This document shows, one piece after another, positions 23,096 through 34,907 of a stretch of DNA of 64,000 nucleotides. Numbering within the stretch: the first letter of the stretch is position 1; the number at the start of each line of letters is the position of its first letter. Where the stretch lies: contig JAUCBJ010002550.1 in the NCBI GenBank assembly GCA_032718475.1, positions 22,653 to 86,652 of the forward strand. The letters run 5' to 3'. The DNA comes from Nemertoderma westbladi. Its lineage: Eukaryota > Animalia > Xenacoelomorpha. The position numbers and the translations under genes were made by a program. Below the pieces are notes generated by a model. It had not been told where the DNA came from. It saw only the letters and a list, made by a program, of their open reading frames with translations, and made no database searches.

Positions 23096-24767
23096 CTATC
23101 TGTCAAAAGATATTTGTTGGCAAATGTAAGAATTATTTACCACCATTTATTACAGTATTACGGATTTGTGAGATTAAGGGGGCTGTACTCCCCCCTTAAT
23201 AACGAAACGAAAATCTTGAGTGATCCAACAGAAACTTATAATATTTACATATAAAATATGGTTAAAACGGAGGAACGAAAAGCAGAACCAAAGGCGTTAC
23301 TAAAATAATAATAAAAAGATTCGCAATATTAGACTACGGTAAACAATGAACAATAATGCTCTCCATTGATATTATACTGTACATATTTGTTGTATTTACC
23401 ACACTCAGGTTGTATCTACTGTATGTAATATTATTACTCTACTGTATATATATTTCTCTCTATTTTATATTTCTCATATTTCACTATATTTCTCTATATT
23501 ATATTTTTCAATAAATAAATATACACCACTCAGCCACTTGGCAGGTTGGGGTCGAAATTCCCTGTATTTTTTTTTATTAACATAGTGACGTCGGTCCAGC
23601 CGACATTATATTATCTTCAAAGTAAAATTGTGTAGTACATCATGCACAAGTAACGGGTAAAACGAGTAAAACGAACGCGCAAATAATTACATGTGCTGCG
23701 TAGTACATCCGGTAAAAGTAGCGAGTAGACCAAACACACAATCACAAACACATAGGTTAAAAAAAATAAAAATACGTACATTGTCGGTAGGACCCTATAA
23801 ACTTATAAAATAAAGAGTTTGTTACGATCGATTTCGAGCTCCTAGGCCCATTCTCAAGTAAATAATTAACAATATGAAATCACATTACAGACTAAATAAT
23901 GAAATGGAGTAGGCCTACATGGAATAGCTGAATACGTAAGAAAATTACAGAAATACACTAAAATAAGTAACGAAATAAACTGCAAAGCCCTGGTAAAACT
24001 CAGAAACCGAACAACAGACTTACAATAAAATAAATACTGATTTAATACAGTTAGATGTTGTACGATAAAACCAAAGATACCGTTACCGGTTTGTAATGCT
24101 GGTTCTGTAGTCTGATAGCCTGGGCTACATGGTGTACGGTGTAGGCCATGGTACGGTAGGCTGTCAGGCAGGGTCAGTACACCAGTACAATTCGTACTAA
24201 CAGTTGACAGATAAAATATTCAGGTGAACCTAAAGATATACAGTACAGTAGTTAAAATAACGGGGCGGGAAAAGTTAATATAGAGCACCATATACCATAG
24301 TAGAACTAAATAAAAGGACATGGCATATAAAATAAGTAGAACAAATAGGGCATGACTAAAAGTAAATAAAGGCACGGCGTATTGGAATAAATTAATTTAA
24401 ACTTGTGCAAAATCTTAAACTACAGTAGTTACGATAGGTTGTGTTAAACATAAAATAAACTAAATTAAAACTGGAATCCAAAATTCCAACAGTTTTTATT
24501 TTCATTCCATTTTTATAATTCCATTTTTTCATACACCGAGATATGGAGGGGACCATTGCCCCCAATGATATATCCCACACAGGGAAAGTCGATGAACCCG
24601 AGAGGCGAAGCACAGCCAGAGAAGCTGCATCCGTACCGTCGAGCGCACTGGAGATTCAAGCGATGGGAATGGCAACACTAATCGACGCGCTAAAATCTAG
24701 AATAGAGCTGCCACCCGTGGAGCCTTTTAAGTTTGATGGTAGCAAGCCGGAAGAATATCTACGTTCC

Positions 24768-25094
24768 TGTGTAAGACTTTAATCATTAATAGGGTTTTGC
24801 AATCAAGGCGTACTATATACAAGGCCAAATATAAAGCGCAGACATAGTTGGTTAATAATAGGAATATTTAATTATTAATATTGCATTATCAGCCGATACA
24901 ATACACTTCTTGTCGAACCCACCACCTTATATTTAGTAATAGTAACTTAAATATGCAAGTGCTGCACGGTACGCTAGGCCTATGTAATAGCTGAAAGCTA
25001 CTAACAGCAATAAACTGCACCGAATGGGAAAAACACAAAGCATTGTATTACAGTGTTGTAAATCACATTACATAAATGGATAACGTATTATACA
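24768..25094 (-). repeat. 3' LTR of BEL-2
   Basis: Direct repeat of 29334-29660. Confidence 0.95.
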
Positions 25095-26154
25095 AATTAT
25101 ACATAACCTTATGTAAATTATTCATAACTACTGGATGAAGGCGCCAAATGGAGGAGCTCTGACTTAAATTGTTCGAATTAGACTTCAGTGACTTGATTTC
25201 TTTTACATAATGGCGATGTTGTTCTATCGAAATAAGGTAGTTCAATGAATAACTATGTTCAGAACCAGACAAAGATCCCTTTGTCATTGATTTTGGATTC
25301 TTTATATTATGTACAAATCGGAATATCCAGGCTAATATCCTAACAGGTTTATTAATGTTTGAATAATCCTCTAGCTTCAGTAAAGAACAGTCTGACAATG
25401 GTTCTATGGCTTCAATGGTTAAAAGTTGAGGAGGGGGTGTAGGCTCAATTGGCCATGATGACTCTGGATATCTGAGAAACTCAGGTCCATTCAAATATAA
25501 GTAATTTACTGCCAACCTAGATAGGCTACACCCACGCGAAGGAATATCTGCGGGATTTTGGGTTGTGGAAACATAACGCCACATTGCTGATTCTGTATTT
25601 TGGTTTATTTCAGAGAGTCTATTATTTACAAAAATATCCTTTTTGGCTGAACCTTTGCGAATCCAGAATAAGGCACAAAGTGAATCAGTCCATAGATGCA
25701 TTCTATAAGGCTTACATATCTCCTTATTAATATGGTTGGCAAATCGACTACCCAGTAGGCAAGCCATAAGCTCAAGGCGGGGTGTTGAAAGACCTGGTTT
25801 GCGTGGGGCAGCTCTAGATTTCCCATAGAACAATATTGGTACTCTATTGGGGTGAGCTATATAGGCCAAAAATGCATAGGCAGAAGAAGAAGCATCGCAG
25901 AATATGTGTATGGAACAATCCTGAGAAAAGTAGACACAGCGTGGGAAATATATTACCATTCCAGCCTCTGACAACCACTTTGACCATTGACATTGCAGAG
26001 GCTCTGAAACTGTCGCATTCCATCCTTCCCCAGATTCCCATGACTTCTGAAGAATTAGACGAATCACTATCGTCCAAGCACATAATAACCCAAGTGGATC
26101 AAATACCTGAGCAGACATCTTTACCAACTCTCGGCGGGTAAAGCTAGTACACAT
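25063..26154 (-). CDS. BEL-2 RT thumb/RNase H region, truncated before integrase
   Basis: FDPLG, FCDAS, TPRLEL, WTDS, NPADIPSRG; the frame runs into the LTR. Confidence 0.9.
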   Translation of the reverse strand: MCTSFTRRELVKMSAQVFDPLGLLCAWTIVIRLILQKSWESGEGWNATVSEPLQCQWSKWLSEAGMVIYFPRCVYFSQDCSIHIFCDASSSAYAFLAYIAHPNRVPILFYGKSRAAPRKPGLSTPRLELMACLLGSRFANHINKEICKPYRMHLWTDSLCALFWIRKGSAKKDIFVNNRLSEINQNTESAMWRYVSTTQNPADIPSRGCSLSRLAVNYLYLNGPEFLRYPESSWPIEPTPPPQLLTIEAIEPLSDCSLLKLEDYSNINKPVRILAWIFRFVHNIKNPKSMTKGSLSGSEHSYSLNYLISIEQHRHYVKEIKSLKSNSNNLSQSSSIWRLHPVVMNNLHKVMYNLYNTLSIYVM

Positions 26155-29117
26155 GATGGTAGTGACACATGAGATGTGTCAACAAATATTACATCTTGGG
26201 TTGAATCCCATGATACACCTAATAATTTTTTAGGGTTAGTGACTGGTTTAAGGTTCATTCCAGCATTTGCCAACATAGAAATAGCATTTCTTAGGAAGTT
26301 TTCAGCCTGTAACTGATTATCATGACTATAAAGTACATCATCACAATATATAGACTCAATAAAACGGTTCTGAAAATCTGGTTGATCTTGTTCTAAGACA
26401 TGAAATAAAACAGTGGAATGTAATAAAAAAGAACTAGGTGCTATACCAAAGGGTAAATATTTAAATTGATAGGCTTTACCATTCCACATTAATTTAACCC
26501 ACTGTCTATCATCCTGATGGATTTCGACCTGATGAAAGGCTGCCTCAATATCAGCAACTACCATATAAGGATGCAATCGAACTCGTAACAGAACATCAAC
26601 CATTGATGCTAGGAGATTTGGACCAGGGTCTAGGCACGAGTTTATACTTTCACCTTCAAAATTACACGCTGATCCGTTAAACACTATACGGTACTTATTT
26701 GAACTGAAAACTAAATGGTGTGGAAGGAAAAATCCGACATCATTATCTGTTGCTGCTGGTTCAATTATATTTTGGGAAATAAGCTTGGCAAACTTTTCAG
26801 TATAAATACTACATTCATTGGAAGAAAGAGATAATAACATTTTCTTTTGTTGTGGCATTACCCTGTTATAATTAGAGGATGGTCGTTTATTACACTTAAA
26901 TGGTAATCTTACTTGATAATGTGGAGGGTTCTCAGTAGAGACCACAGGTGGAGGATAAGGTGCACAGTTAACTTCCTGTTCTTTAATTCCAACTGACTCC
27001 AGATTCCAAAGTTGAGTGACTGACTCCAGGTTCCAAGGTTGTGTCACATTGCTTGGTTCAGTTATTAACAAAGATGGAGAAATGCTGTTAATATTAGAAA
27101 CAGAACCAAAGAATGGACCAGAAAGAACTGTGCCAAAAAATGTTTCAACAACTGTTGGACATTTCGGATACTTATAGGCTTCACCAGTAACGGACCAGAT
27201 CTGATCAGCTCCTATAAGTATGGAAATATCCCTCTCACCTCCATCAAAATCATCAGCAAAGTTTGCAATATTGGTAAGATGGTGAGGGAATTTAATAACC
27301 TTCTCTTGTCTCATTGTCGGACAGAGTTTATTAGTAGTCCATGCACTTAGACATATTGGTTGTTCATGATACTGGCTGAAAAGCTTGAAACTAACATGGT
27401 TTGATTCAATGGTGGAAATATTGTTTCCAAATGACCCAGTTGTTAGTATTGATGATTCTAAAGAAGGAAGAAATAAGTTTGCAGCTAAACTGGATTGGAT
27501 ATAGGATCGTTTTGACCCATCATCTAAATAGATATGAACCCACTTCCCAATAGAATGATCAGGAGAGGTTATATATGCCTTGGCTAACTTAACAAAAATA
27601 ATACCATCTGCATTAGACTGCATCACATTACTAACAGATAATGTATTTGAGGGTTGCATACTTTGACGGTTACTTTGGTTATTACCAACTGCAGATTTGG
27701 TCATTTCTGAGTTAGTTGTATTAGTTGAGTGAGTGAAGGGATTTGATGGTCGAAAGGGATTGGATGTGTGACTTAAAGGCTTACTTCCATTTACACCCTT
27801 TGAATTAGTTGGCCAGGAATTTTGAGAAGTCCTGGGGAACTTATTGTAGCATAGCAGAGTATTATGTCGGCCATTACATTTAAAGCAATTTGTACTGGAT
27901 GGGCATTCATTGAATCGATGCGGACCTGTACAATTTTTACATAAATTAGAAGATTGTACAAGTTTGGCTCTCTGAAATGGTTCACGGGAAATAAAATTAG
28001 GGCAAGTTCTAAGTTTATGCATTGGGTCTTGAGAATGACAAGCTGGACATCCTGTAATAGGTTTCCTACCAGAAACATCTGATATTGGTAAGGCAGATGC
28101 AGATGCAGTGGAACTCTTAGGCCTATGGTAGTAAGGCACAGTAGATGACTCACTGTTACAGCTCTTGATATTAAAAGCAAGTGATTCACGGAACTCCAAC
28201 TCCTGTCGCACAAACTCTAATAAAGCCTTTAAATTAAATCTCTCATGAGAATGCATACGATTCCACACCAATACCACTTCACTAGGTAATTTTTGGAGAA
28301 GTAATGGTGCTAACAATAAGGAGGCTAAATCATTAGAGGCCTCAATAGTGACAGCTTCTGCTGCTGGTTCTCCTGGTGAAGTAAAAATTTCAGTGGCCAA
28401 TTGGCGAATTTCCCGAAGGGATGATTCAAATGTATCCATAATTTTTCGAAACCCATTTAAATCATTTTCTTTAATAGAAGGTAATGCACACAGCTTACTG
28501 GCATATAAACCAATTAACAGGTTAGGGTTCCCATAACGCCTTTTTAGAATGTTAATAGCTGCTTCATAATTAGTAGATGAAACTGCAAGGCCTGATAAAG
28601 ATTCCAAAACTGATTTATCTAAACTACTGCGAAGATATACAAACTTTTGTATATCATCCAACCCTTCTCGAGTGTGAATTAAAGCTTTAAACTGATCCCA
28701 AAAGGGCCTCCAGCATAAAAATTCCCCATTAAAAGTAGGTAAGGTTATTTTAGGTAAACCACTGGTTGGATTTTTAAATCTAGATGAGGAGCTCTCTTCA
28801 CTCTCATGGCATGACTGAGCAGCCAGAAATGGTTTATTGTCAACACGTGACAACATTCGACGGCACTTAAAAATAACTTTATATAAATCCTGGTTATGGG
28901 TTGATTTACTTGTATCTTTGTAACCCAACTCAATAAGTTCTGAGTCTAGTTGATTTAATATCTGGTATTGCTGGTCAGCTAAATCTATATAATAAGCAAA
29001 TTCATCTGATTCTACTTCATTTTCATTCATATTTCTAAAGTGCTCCAAATCTGCTATTAATTTGGTAGACTTACCTCTCTCTGCAGTGCGTCGACCTTTT
29101 ATTTCATCTACTTCCAT
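26121..29117 (-). CDS. BEL-2 Gag-protease-RT
   Basis: LPKITLPTFNG, Zn knuckles CPAC..HKLRTC, CKNCTGPHRFNEC and CFKCNGRHNTLLC, protease YLDDGSKRSYI, FLPHH, ADIEAAFHQV, YCDD; frameshift at ~26150. Confidence 0.92.
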   Translation of the reverse strand: MEVDEIKGRRTAERGKSTKLIADLEHFRNMNENEVESDEFAYYIDLADQQYQILNQLDSELIELGYKDTSKSTHNQDLYKVIFKCRRMLSRVDNKPFLAAQSCHESEESSSSRFKNPTSGLPKITLPTFNGEFLCWRPFWDQFKALIHTREGLDDIQKFVYLRSSLDKSVLESLSGLAVSSTNYEAAINILKRRYGNPNLLIGLYASKLCALPSIKENDLNGFRKIMDTFESSLREIRQLATEIFTSPGEPAAEAVTIEASNDLASLLLAPLLLQKLPSEVVLVWNRMHSHERFNLKALLEFVRQELEFRESLAFNIKSCNSESSTVPYYHRPKSSTASASALPISDVSGRKPITGCPACHSQDPMHKLRTCPNFISREPFQRAKLVQSSNLCKNCTGPHRFNECPSSTNCFKCNGRHNTLLCYNKFPRTSQNSWPTNSKGVNGSKPLSHTSNPFRPSNPFTHSTNTTNSEMTKSAVGNNQSNRQSMQPSNTLSVSNVMQSNADGIIFVKLAKAYITSPDHSIGKWVHIYLDDGSKRSYIQSSLAANLFLPSLESSILTTGSFGNNISTIESNHVSFKLFSQYHEQPICLSAWTTNKLCPTMRQEKVIKFPHHLTNIANFADDFDGGERDISILIGADQIWSVTGEAYKYPKCPTVVETFFGTVLSGPFFGSVSNINSISPSLLITEPSNVTQPWNLESVTQLWNLESVGIKEQEVNCAPYPPPVVSTENPPHYQVRLPFKCNKRPSSNYNRVMPQQKKMLLSLSSNECSIYTEKFAKLISQNIIEPAATDNDVGFFLPHHLVFSSNKYRIVFNGSACNFEGESINSCLDPGPNLLASMVDVLLRVRLHPYMVVADIEAAFHQVEIHQDDRQWVKLMWNGKAYQFKYLPFGIAPSSFLLHSTVLFHVLEQDQPDFQNRFIESIYCDDVLYSHDNQLQAENFLRNAISMLANAGMNLKPVTNPKKLLGVSWDSTQDVIFVDTSHVSLPSCVLALPAESW

Positions 29118-29333
29118 ATTTATATATTATATTATTAAACAAATTCGACTAAGCAAATAGCATGAATAGCCCAACTGAATAGGTATATCGAAATGGAGAA
29201 ATATGTATACTCATAGGCTCATTCATATTCTGATATTGCAGTATTGATAGGCAGATAGGCGATTAGTGTACCAACAGCTGGTAGAACAGCAGAATGTACC
29301 AAAGAAACAACGTCCTTTATCCGGTTCGAAGAT

Positions 29334-29660
29334 TGTGTAAGACTTTAATCATTAATAGGGTTTTGCAATCAAGGCGTACTATATACAAGGCCAAATATAA
29401 AGCGCAGACATAGTTGGTTAATAATAGGAATATTTAATTATTAATATTGCATTATCAGCCGATACAATACACTTCTTGTCGAACCCACCACCTTATATTT
29501 AGTAATAGTAACTTAAATATGCAAGTGCTGCACGGTACGCTAGGCCTATGTAATAGCTGAAAGCTACTAACAGCAATAAACTGCACCGAATGGGAAAAAC
29601 ACAAAGCATTGTATTACAGTGTTGTAAATCACATTACATAAATGGATAACGTATTATACA
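29334..29660 (-). repeat. 5' LTR of BEL-2
   Basis: Direct repeat of 24768-25094, followed on the minus strand by a PBS-like sequence. Confidence 0.95.
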
Positions 29661-30979
29661 GTTCCGGAGGAAGTATAGCAATGAGATTTTAACGAAAAAT
29701 CTCACACAGGCGGAGTGCCTTAAATATCTACAAGTCTATACAGGGGGGGCCAGCCTATGACATCGTGAGGCAATACCAAGGAATTGAAGGAGGATTTACA
29801 ACAGCGAGGAGAGCCCTGGACAGGGAATTTGGCCATCCTGCGAAGATTATCCAACAAACCTTAAGGGGAATTTCATCAGGCGGACTCGCGGATAACCCTG
29901 TCAGTATCAAAGCCTTTGCCAACAAAGAACAAAGTAGAGAAGGCATTGATAGTTTTGAAGACGCTAGTGCATAGTGCAGGCACTACCGATATGGTTGAGG
30001 AATAAATGGAGGAAGATCGATTTCTCCCACTCGAGAAAAGAAGGGTGTGGAGCCGGGGTTGGAAGAGATGTCGAACTTCCTTAACTACGAAGCCGAGTTG
30101 ATAATGGATCCAGTGTACAGTGAGGAGAGTCTGGGCAAGGTACCGAAAGCGGAATATAGCCGACCTAAACCGGAACACAGTGCTGCAGATGCACTTCCGA
30201 GAGTGAGGCAATCGTTGCCATATGCAACCATCGAGGGGACTTCTAGTCCACAGAACAACCATGGTGGCTATAGAGGAAACAACACCCCTAACGCGGGTAT
30301 GTGCAACCAAAACAACAAACCATCCAACTCGGACATGGACGAAATATGCAAGACGCTATACAGAGAGTGTTATAATCCGAACTATAGGTGCCAGCTACAT
30401 AGAAAGCATGTGCATATATGGGAGTCGGCGCATAAGACCATCAATTTCGACCAGTGACAGGCACTGCTGAAAGAAGATTGATTAGTCTATACAGGGAGAT
30501 TTGGGTTATGCCACAGATGTGCGGTGGGAGGACATAAGAAGGATAGAGAACCGATAGATTAGGATAGAGAATGTCTAGAGAACCCACCAAAGTACACTGA
30601 GACTGATGGAACTGGAGGCCACAAGATGGCGACGAGCACCATGGGAGCAAGGAGGAAGGTCCCCTTCCTCCTTGTTCCCATGGTACTACTCGGAGTAGTA
30701 CCAGTGAGAATAAAAGGAGAAAACGGGCTATCAGTCACAACACTAATGTTGGTCGAAAGTGGAGCAGCGTTCACGCTAACGGAGAGTTGGGTGGCAGAGA
30801 AGATAGGGTTGGAGACCAGGCCAAGTAAGATGGCGGTGACCACGATATCGAACAAAGACGAGGTCATGAAGATGAGGATGGATGGTGTGAAATTAGAGCA
30901 ATAACACCAGGGTGCAACTATGGGGCTACCATCGAACCCATCCAAATAATAGAGTCGATCTACATCAACACCAGGCAAC

Positions 30980-33900
30980 CTACAAAGATCGAAAACAGTA
31001 TCTACAAAGATACGGCATCGACTTCTCCGTACCCGAACTAGATGTGACCTTTGAGGAATCCGGGTCATTTCGCCACTCGGCGACTAGAGGGTACCCAGAA
31101 AATCGATCCGAGTAAACTAAGTAGTGGTAACCTCCGAGAGTAAATAAATCCGTAGAAACAGATTCAAAGATTCGAGTAGGTACTGTGTCGAATATAATTT
31201 CTTCCTTTGGTTGACTTGTTTGTCGTTCCTGACATAAGATACAACATTCAACTAGTTGCGTTATTTCATTTGTTATACCTGGCCAATATACCGCACAACG
31301 GGCTCTCTGCTTTGTGCGAACAATACCCTGGTGGGCCGCATGGAGGTGCTGGAGGACTTCTCTCCGTTTATCTTTAGGTATAACGATACGATTTCCATAT
31401 AATACCAGGCCCTTGTCGATAGATAAATAATCCCAAATCGATTTGAATTTCTGTACAAAGGGATGTCGATCACAATTATTTGTAAAAGACGATTGGATGG
31501 CAGTGATTAATGCCTGGTAGTCGTTATCGTTTTGGCCAGATAGTCGTATATCATCCAAAACCGGGTCAATAATTTCATCTGCACAGACGACAATTGCAAT
31601 GGAGTTTACAGCAGTTGAGTTTTGGAAGCTTTCCGGTTCATTATTTTCCTCATCCGGATCGTCCACAGGTGCCCGACTTAAACAGTCTGCTATGCAATGC
31701 TGCTTACCACTACGCCATTTAACGATAAATTGGTAATTTGATTGTAAATCCGCTTTGACTTTTTGCAGTTTAGCATTATCAACCTGGCTAAGAGAATACG
31801 AATTAAATATGTTAATCAATGGTCGGTGGTCTGTAATGACTGTAAATTCTGGAATTCCTGATAAATATAAATGACATTTCTTAACTGCATACCGGATAGC
31901 GAGTGCCTCGAGTTCGATGATGGCGTAACGGCTTTCCGGGTCCGACAGAAATCGACTGCCGCATAGGATTAAACGCCAGTTTCCTTCTTGATATTGCATC
32001 AAGTTGAATCCAAATCCATGTAAACGTGAGGCGTCGGTTTCCAATCGGGTTTCTTTGTTCGGGTCAAAGCGAGCCAATACAGGCGGTCTAGTGAGGGCAC
32101 TTTTAGTATTATTGAACGCCTCAGTGTGGACAGGAAGCCATGTGAAGCTGTTGCGTGTCCGTAATAGATCTCGTAATGGGCCTGCAGTCGCGCTGACATC
32201 CGAACTGAAATGTCGCAGTTGGTTGGCCATTCCCATGAAAGAACGTAAATCGGTAATATTCTGTGGTATGGGAAGGTCGATTATTGCTTTAACAATATTA
32301 GGATTGGCCTCGGTACCATTGCCAGATACAATATAACCAGCATATAATAGTTTATCTACTGCAAAGTTGAATTTATTTGGGTTAAGGGTTATTGAATGTT
32401 TCCGACAGCGTTCTAGAACTTCGCGAACTCGTAATATGTGGTTGTCAAAGTTGTCATCTTCAATTAGTATGTCGTCTACAACCTTTGTGACTCTAGAGAT
32501 GCCTTTCAAGGCCAAATCTCCCCTGAGATTGTATGAATCTCCTGTAGAAATGTATCCCATTGGGGCGCGGCAATACCGGAAGCGGCCCCATGGAGTGAGG
32601 AATGTAGTGAAGTCGCGCGAATTTTCCTCGAGTTCAACTTGCCAGTATCCTTTGGTGGCATCGAGGGATGAAAATATTTTAGCTGAAGGAGTAATATTTG
32701 ATACGGCATCGAAAGGTGTGATAGCATTATGTATGGTGCGGTTAACTTGGGAGTTCAGTTTCGTTAAATCCGCAGTGATTCGAACACCTCCGTTTGGTTT
32801 TTTGGCCACTACCATGGGGTGGCACCAGGGAACTGCGCGGTCTCCAACTCGTTCGATAATATTCTTTTTCACCATATCCTCAATTTCTATTCTTGTTTTC
32901 TCGCGTAAAGGAAATGGAATGGAGCAGGCTGCATATATTGCAAATGGGACAGCGTTTTCACGAAGCTCTATTGCCATTGGTGGGCAGTCCATCATTTTAA
33001 GTTGCTCTGATGAGTCGAAAACGTCATGGAATTCGGAAAGTAATGATTGTTTGATTTCATCCTTAACTTGGTTAACATCATTTACTGGATGTATGGAACG
33101 GGATTGTGGAATTGGGATGGGAAATTCCCAATGCACAATTCCTAGATGACGGCAAGCTGTAAGGCATAGATAAACATCATTGTGTGGTATATCCCTGCAG
33201 ATACCTATATTCTCAGAATATATGTTGCCGGATGTACATTCCATGAGTTTAATTTGAAGAATACCGAGTGTATCGAGACTAGAACCATTTACTCCAATAA
33301 GATTTTTGGTATTCGTACTTAAACTGTCAACATTGATATGTAGTTTGTGTAGTAAACCCATACCGGAAACTGTGATTTCAGCTCCCGTATCGGCGATAAC
33401 TTTGTGTGTGCCGAGGTAAACGTTGTCAGCTTCTCTATAAAACTCAATCTCGACATATGGTTTTGCGGAGTAATTTGTAACTGTAGCAATTAGTACTGCA
33501 TTGTTTTTATGTCCCGAATTTTGAGAATTGGGAGGATTTGTATTTTTAGACCGACAAACTGGCTGTAAGTGTCCCTTTTTGCCGCATGCGTTGCAAGTTG
33601 AATCCTTAGCCTTGCATTGTTTAGATTCCTCGTGTGGCCATTCTCCTCCACAACAGTAGCATCGTCTCCCAGTTCCGGATTTCGATGCGCTCCGATTTCT
33701 ACTCCTATCGCCCCCGGATATATAATTATAATATTTGTTTTTGTATTGGGTGCGACCACGGGTATTCGCGTTTACCGCCAGGCCCTTTGAAGCCGATCGC
33801 AGTTTGGCCTCATCACGCTCTGCTAACTCACGATTACGACATAGAGTGAGAGTATCAATGAGGTTGAGTGCTGGTTTCTTTGAAAGGAGTTCCTGACGGA

Positions 33901-34405
33901 CTTCCTCATTGCGGAGACCGCAGACGATTAGTGTTGCCAACCAATCGTCAGCTGTCATTGTACGCAGCTCTGCATCATCCGCTAACTCGCAAAGTTTTAA
34001 GTAAAAATCATCGATGGGCTCCTTATCTTGCTGGCATCTACGAACTAGTTGGCACCTGTCAACCGCCACATTACGCTGTGACTTTAAGTACTGTCGGATC
34101 TGGGTTAACACCTCATTGACAGATTGGTTTGTATCCTGTGGAATTCCAACTATTCGATCGATTCGCTGTAAGAATTCTGGAGTGCAGAATGTCCAGAATG
34201 TAGATATCTGGTCTCGGCGGGGTTTCTCTTCGAGTTTAACGACTCGTTGGTAATTAGTCCAGCCGGTTTCCCATCTTTTAAACCCATTGTAATCTATGCT
34301 ATCATCTAGCGGATCAGGGGGTCGCACTGTAATGCGGATCGCGTCCCTGGTAGTCGACGGATGGTTAAGTATGTGTAGCATGAGTACCTGTAGTAGGTGA
34401 GGCAT
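30980..34405 (-). CDS. Gypsy Gag-protease-RT-RNase H-partial integrase
   Basis: CYCCGGEWPH..C, CNACGKKGHLQPVC, ADTGA, LDATKGYWQ, VVDDIL, TDAS, HAAHQG..C..C, STDLF; the last ~20 aa are read-through into flank. Confidence 0.92.
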   Translation of the reverse strand: MPHLLQVLMLHILNHPSTTRDAIRITVRPPDPLDDSIDYNGFKRWETGWTNYQRVVKLEEKPRRDQISTFWTFCTPEFLQRIDRIVGIPQDTNQSVNEVLTQIRQYLKSQRNVAVDRCQLVRRCQQDKEPIDDFYLKLCELADDAELRTMTADDWLATLIVCGLRNEEVRQELLSKKPALNLIDTLTLCRNRELAERDEAKLRSASKGLAVNANTRGRTQYKNKYYNYISGGDRSRNRSASKSGTGRRCYCCGGEWPHEESKQCKAKDSTCNACGKKGHLQPVCRSKNTNPPNSQNSGHKNNAVLIATVTNYSAKPYVEIEFYREADNVYLGTHKVIADTGAEITVSGMGLLHKLHINVDSLSTNTKNLIGVNGSSLDTLGILQIKLMECTSGNIYSENIGICRDIPHNDVYLCLTACRHLGIVHWEFPIPIPQSRSIHPVNDVNQVKDEIKQSLLSEFHDVFDSSEQLKMMDCPPMAIELRENAVPFAIYAACSIPFPLREKTRIEIEDMVKKNIIERVGDRAVPWCHPMVVAKKPNGGVRITADLTKLNSQVNRTIHNAITPFDAVSNITPSAKIFSSLDATKGYWQVELEENSRDFTTFLTPWGRFRYCRAPMGYISTGDSYNLRGDLALKGISRVTKVVDDILIEDDNFDNHILRVREVLERCRKHSITLNPNKFNFAVDKLLYAGYIVSGNGTEANPNIVKAIIDLPIPQNITDLRSFMGMANQLRHFSSDVSATAGPLRDLLRTRNSFTWLPVHTEAFNNTKSALTRPPVLARFDPNKETRLETDASRLHGFGFNLMQYQEGNWRLILCGSRFLSDPESRYAIIELEALAIRYAVKKCHLYLSGIPEFTVITDHRPLINIFNSYSLSQVDNAKLQKVKADLQSNYQFIVKWRSGKQHCIADCLSRAPVDDPDEENNEPESFQNSTAVNSIAIVVCADEIIDPVLDDIRLSGQNDNDYQALITAIQSSFTNNCDRHPFVQKFKSIWDYLSIDKGLVLYGNRIVIPKDKRREVLQHLHAAHQGIVRTKQRARCAVYWPGITNEITQLVECCILCQERQTSQPKEEIIFDTVPTRIFESVSTDLFTLGGYHYLVYSDRFSGYPLVAEWRNDPDSSKVTSSSGTEKSMPYLCRYCFRSL

Positions 34406-34781
34406 TGTTGCCCAACGCCCCGAGTATGCGTGTCAACTCCAAATCATGGAGGCGTCGTTCCTCCTCTCGCTCAATCCGTCGCTCCACTTCCCGTACTTCT
34501 TCCTTTGCGGTCATCATAGAGAATAATTGGTTAATGTAAGTAGCAGTATCCAAGGGTGGCTGTGTATCCACACCCGGAGGTTGGGTTTCATTATCTTCGT
34601 GTTCTGGATCGGATCGGATCGCATCCCACAGTAATTTCCGGAGTCGCACTGTAGACGATTTCACGTCGTAAGGGATGTTCAATGCCGTGAAATAGGCTTT
34701 GACATTGTCCCTGCTTAATAGGGGGAGTTCGTCGTATGTGAGTTGAAAAACTTCCTCGCGTAAGGGAATTGGCGACGCCAT
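34365..34781 (-). CDS. Gypsy Gag N-terminal segment (separate frame, probably frameshifted)
   Basis: 138-aa ORF from the first ATG after the PBS, overlapping the start of the long ORF. Confidence 0.65.
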   Translation of the reverse strand: MASPIPLREEVFQLTYDELPLLSRDNVKAYFTALNIPYDVKSSTVRLRKLLWDAIRSDPEHEDNETQPPGVDTQPPLDTATYINQLFSMMTAKEEVREVERRIEREEERRLHDLELTRILGALGNNASPTTGTHATHT

Positions 34782-34907
34782 ACCGAATCGCAGTACCGGT
34801 AGGTTGACGGATAACAGGATAGAGCAATACGATACCGGTACCCATCCGTTTATTACAGTATTAATTATGTATCTGCGATGCTGAAAATAATCCTACACAC
34901 TGCGCCA

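Larger units (their letters stand above)
24768..29660 (-). mobile_element. Pao-like BEL element (BEL-2) lacking integrase
   Basis: 327-bp TG..CA LTRs at 24768-25094 and 29334-29660 appear identical; 5-bp TSD GTTCC (24763-24767, 29661-29665); PBS-like ATCTTCGAACCGGAT next to the 5' LTR. Confidence 0.95.
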
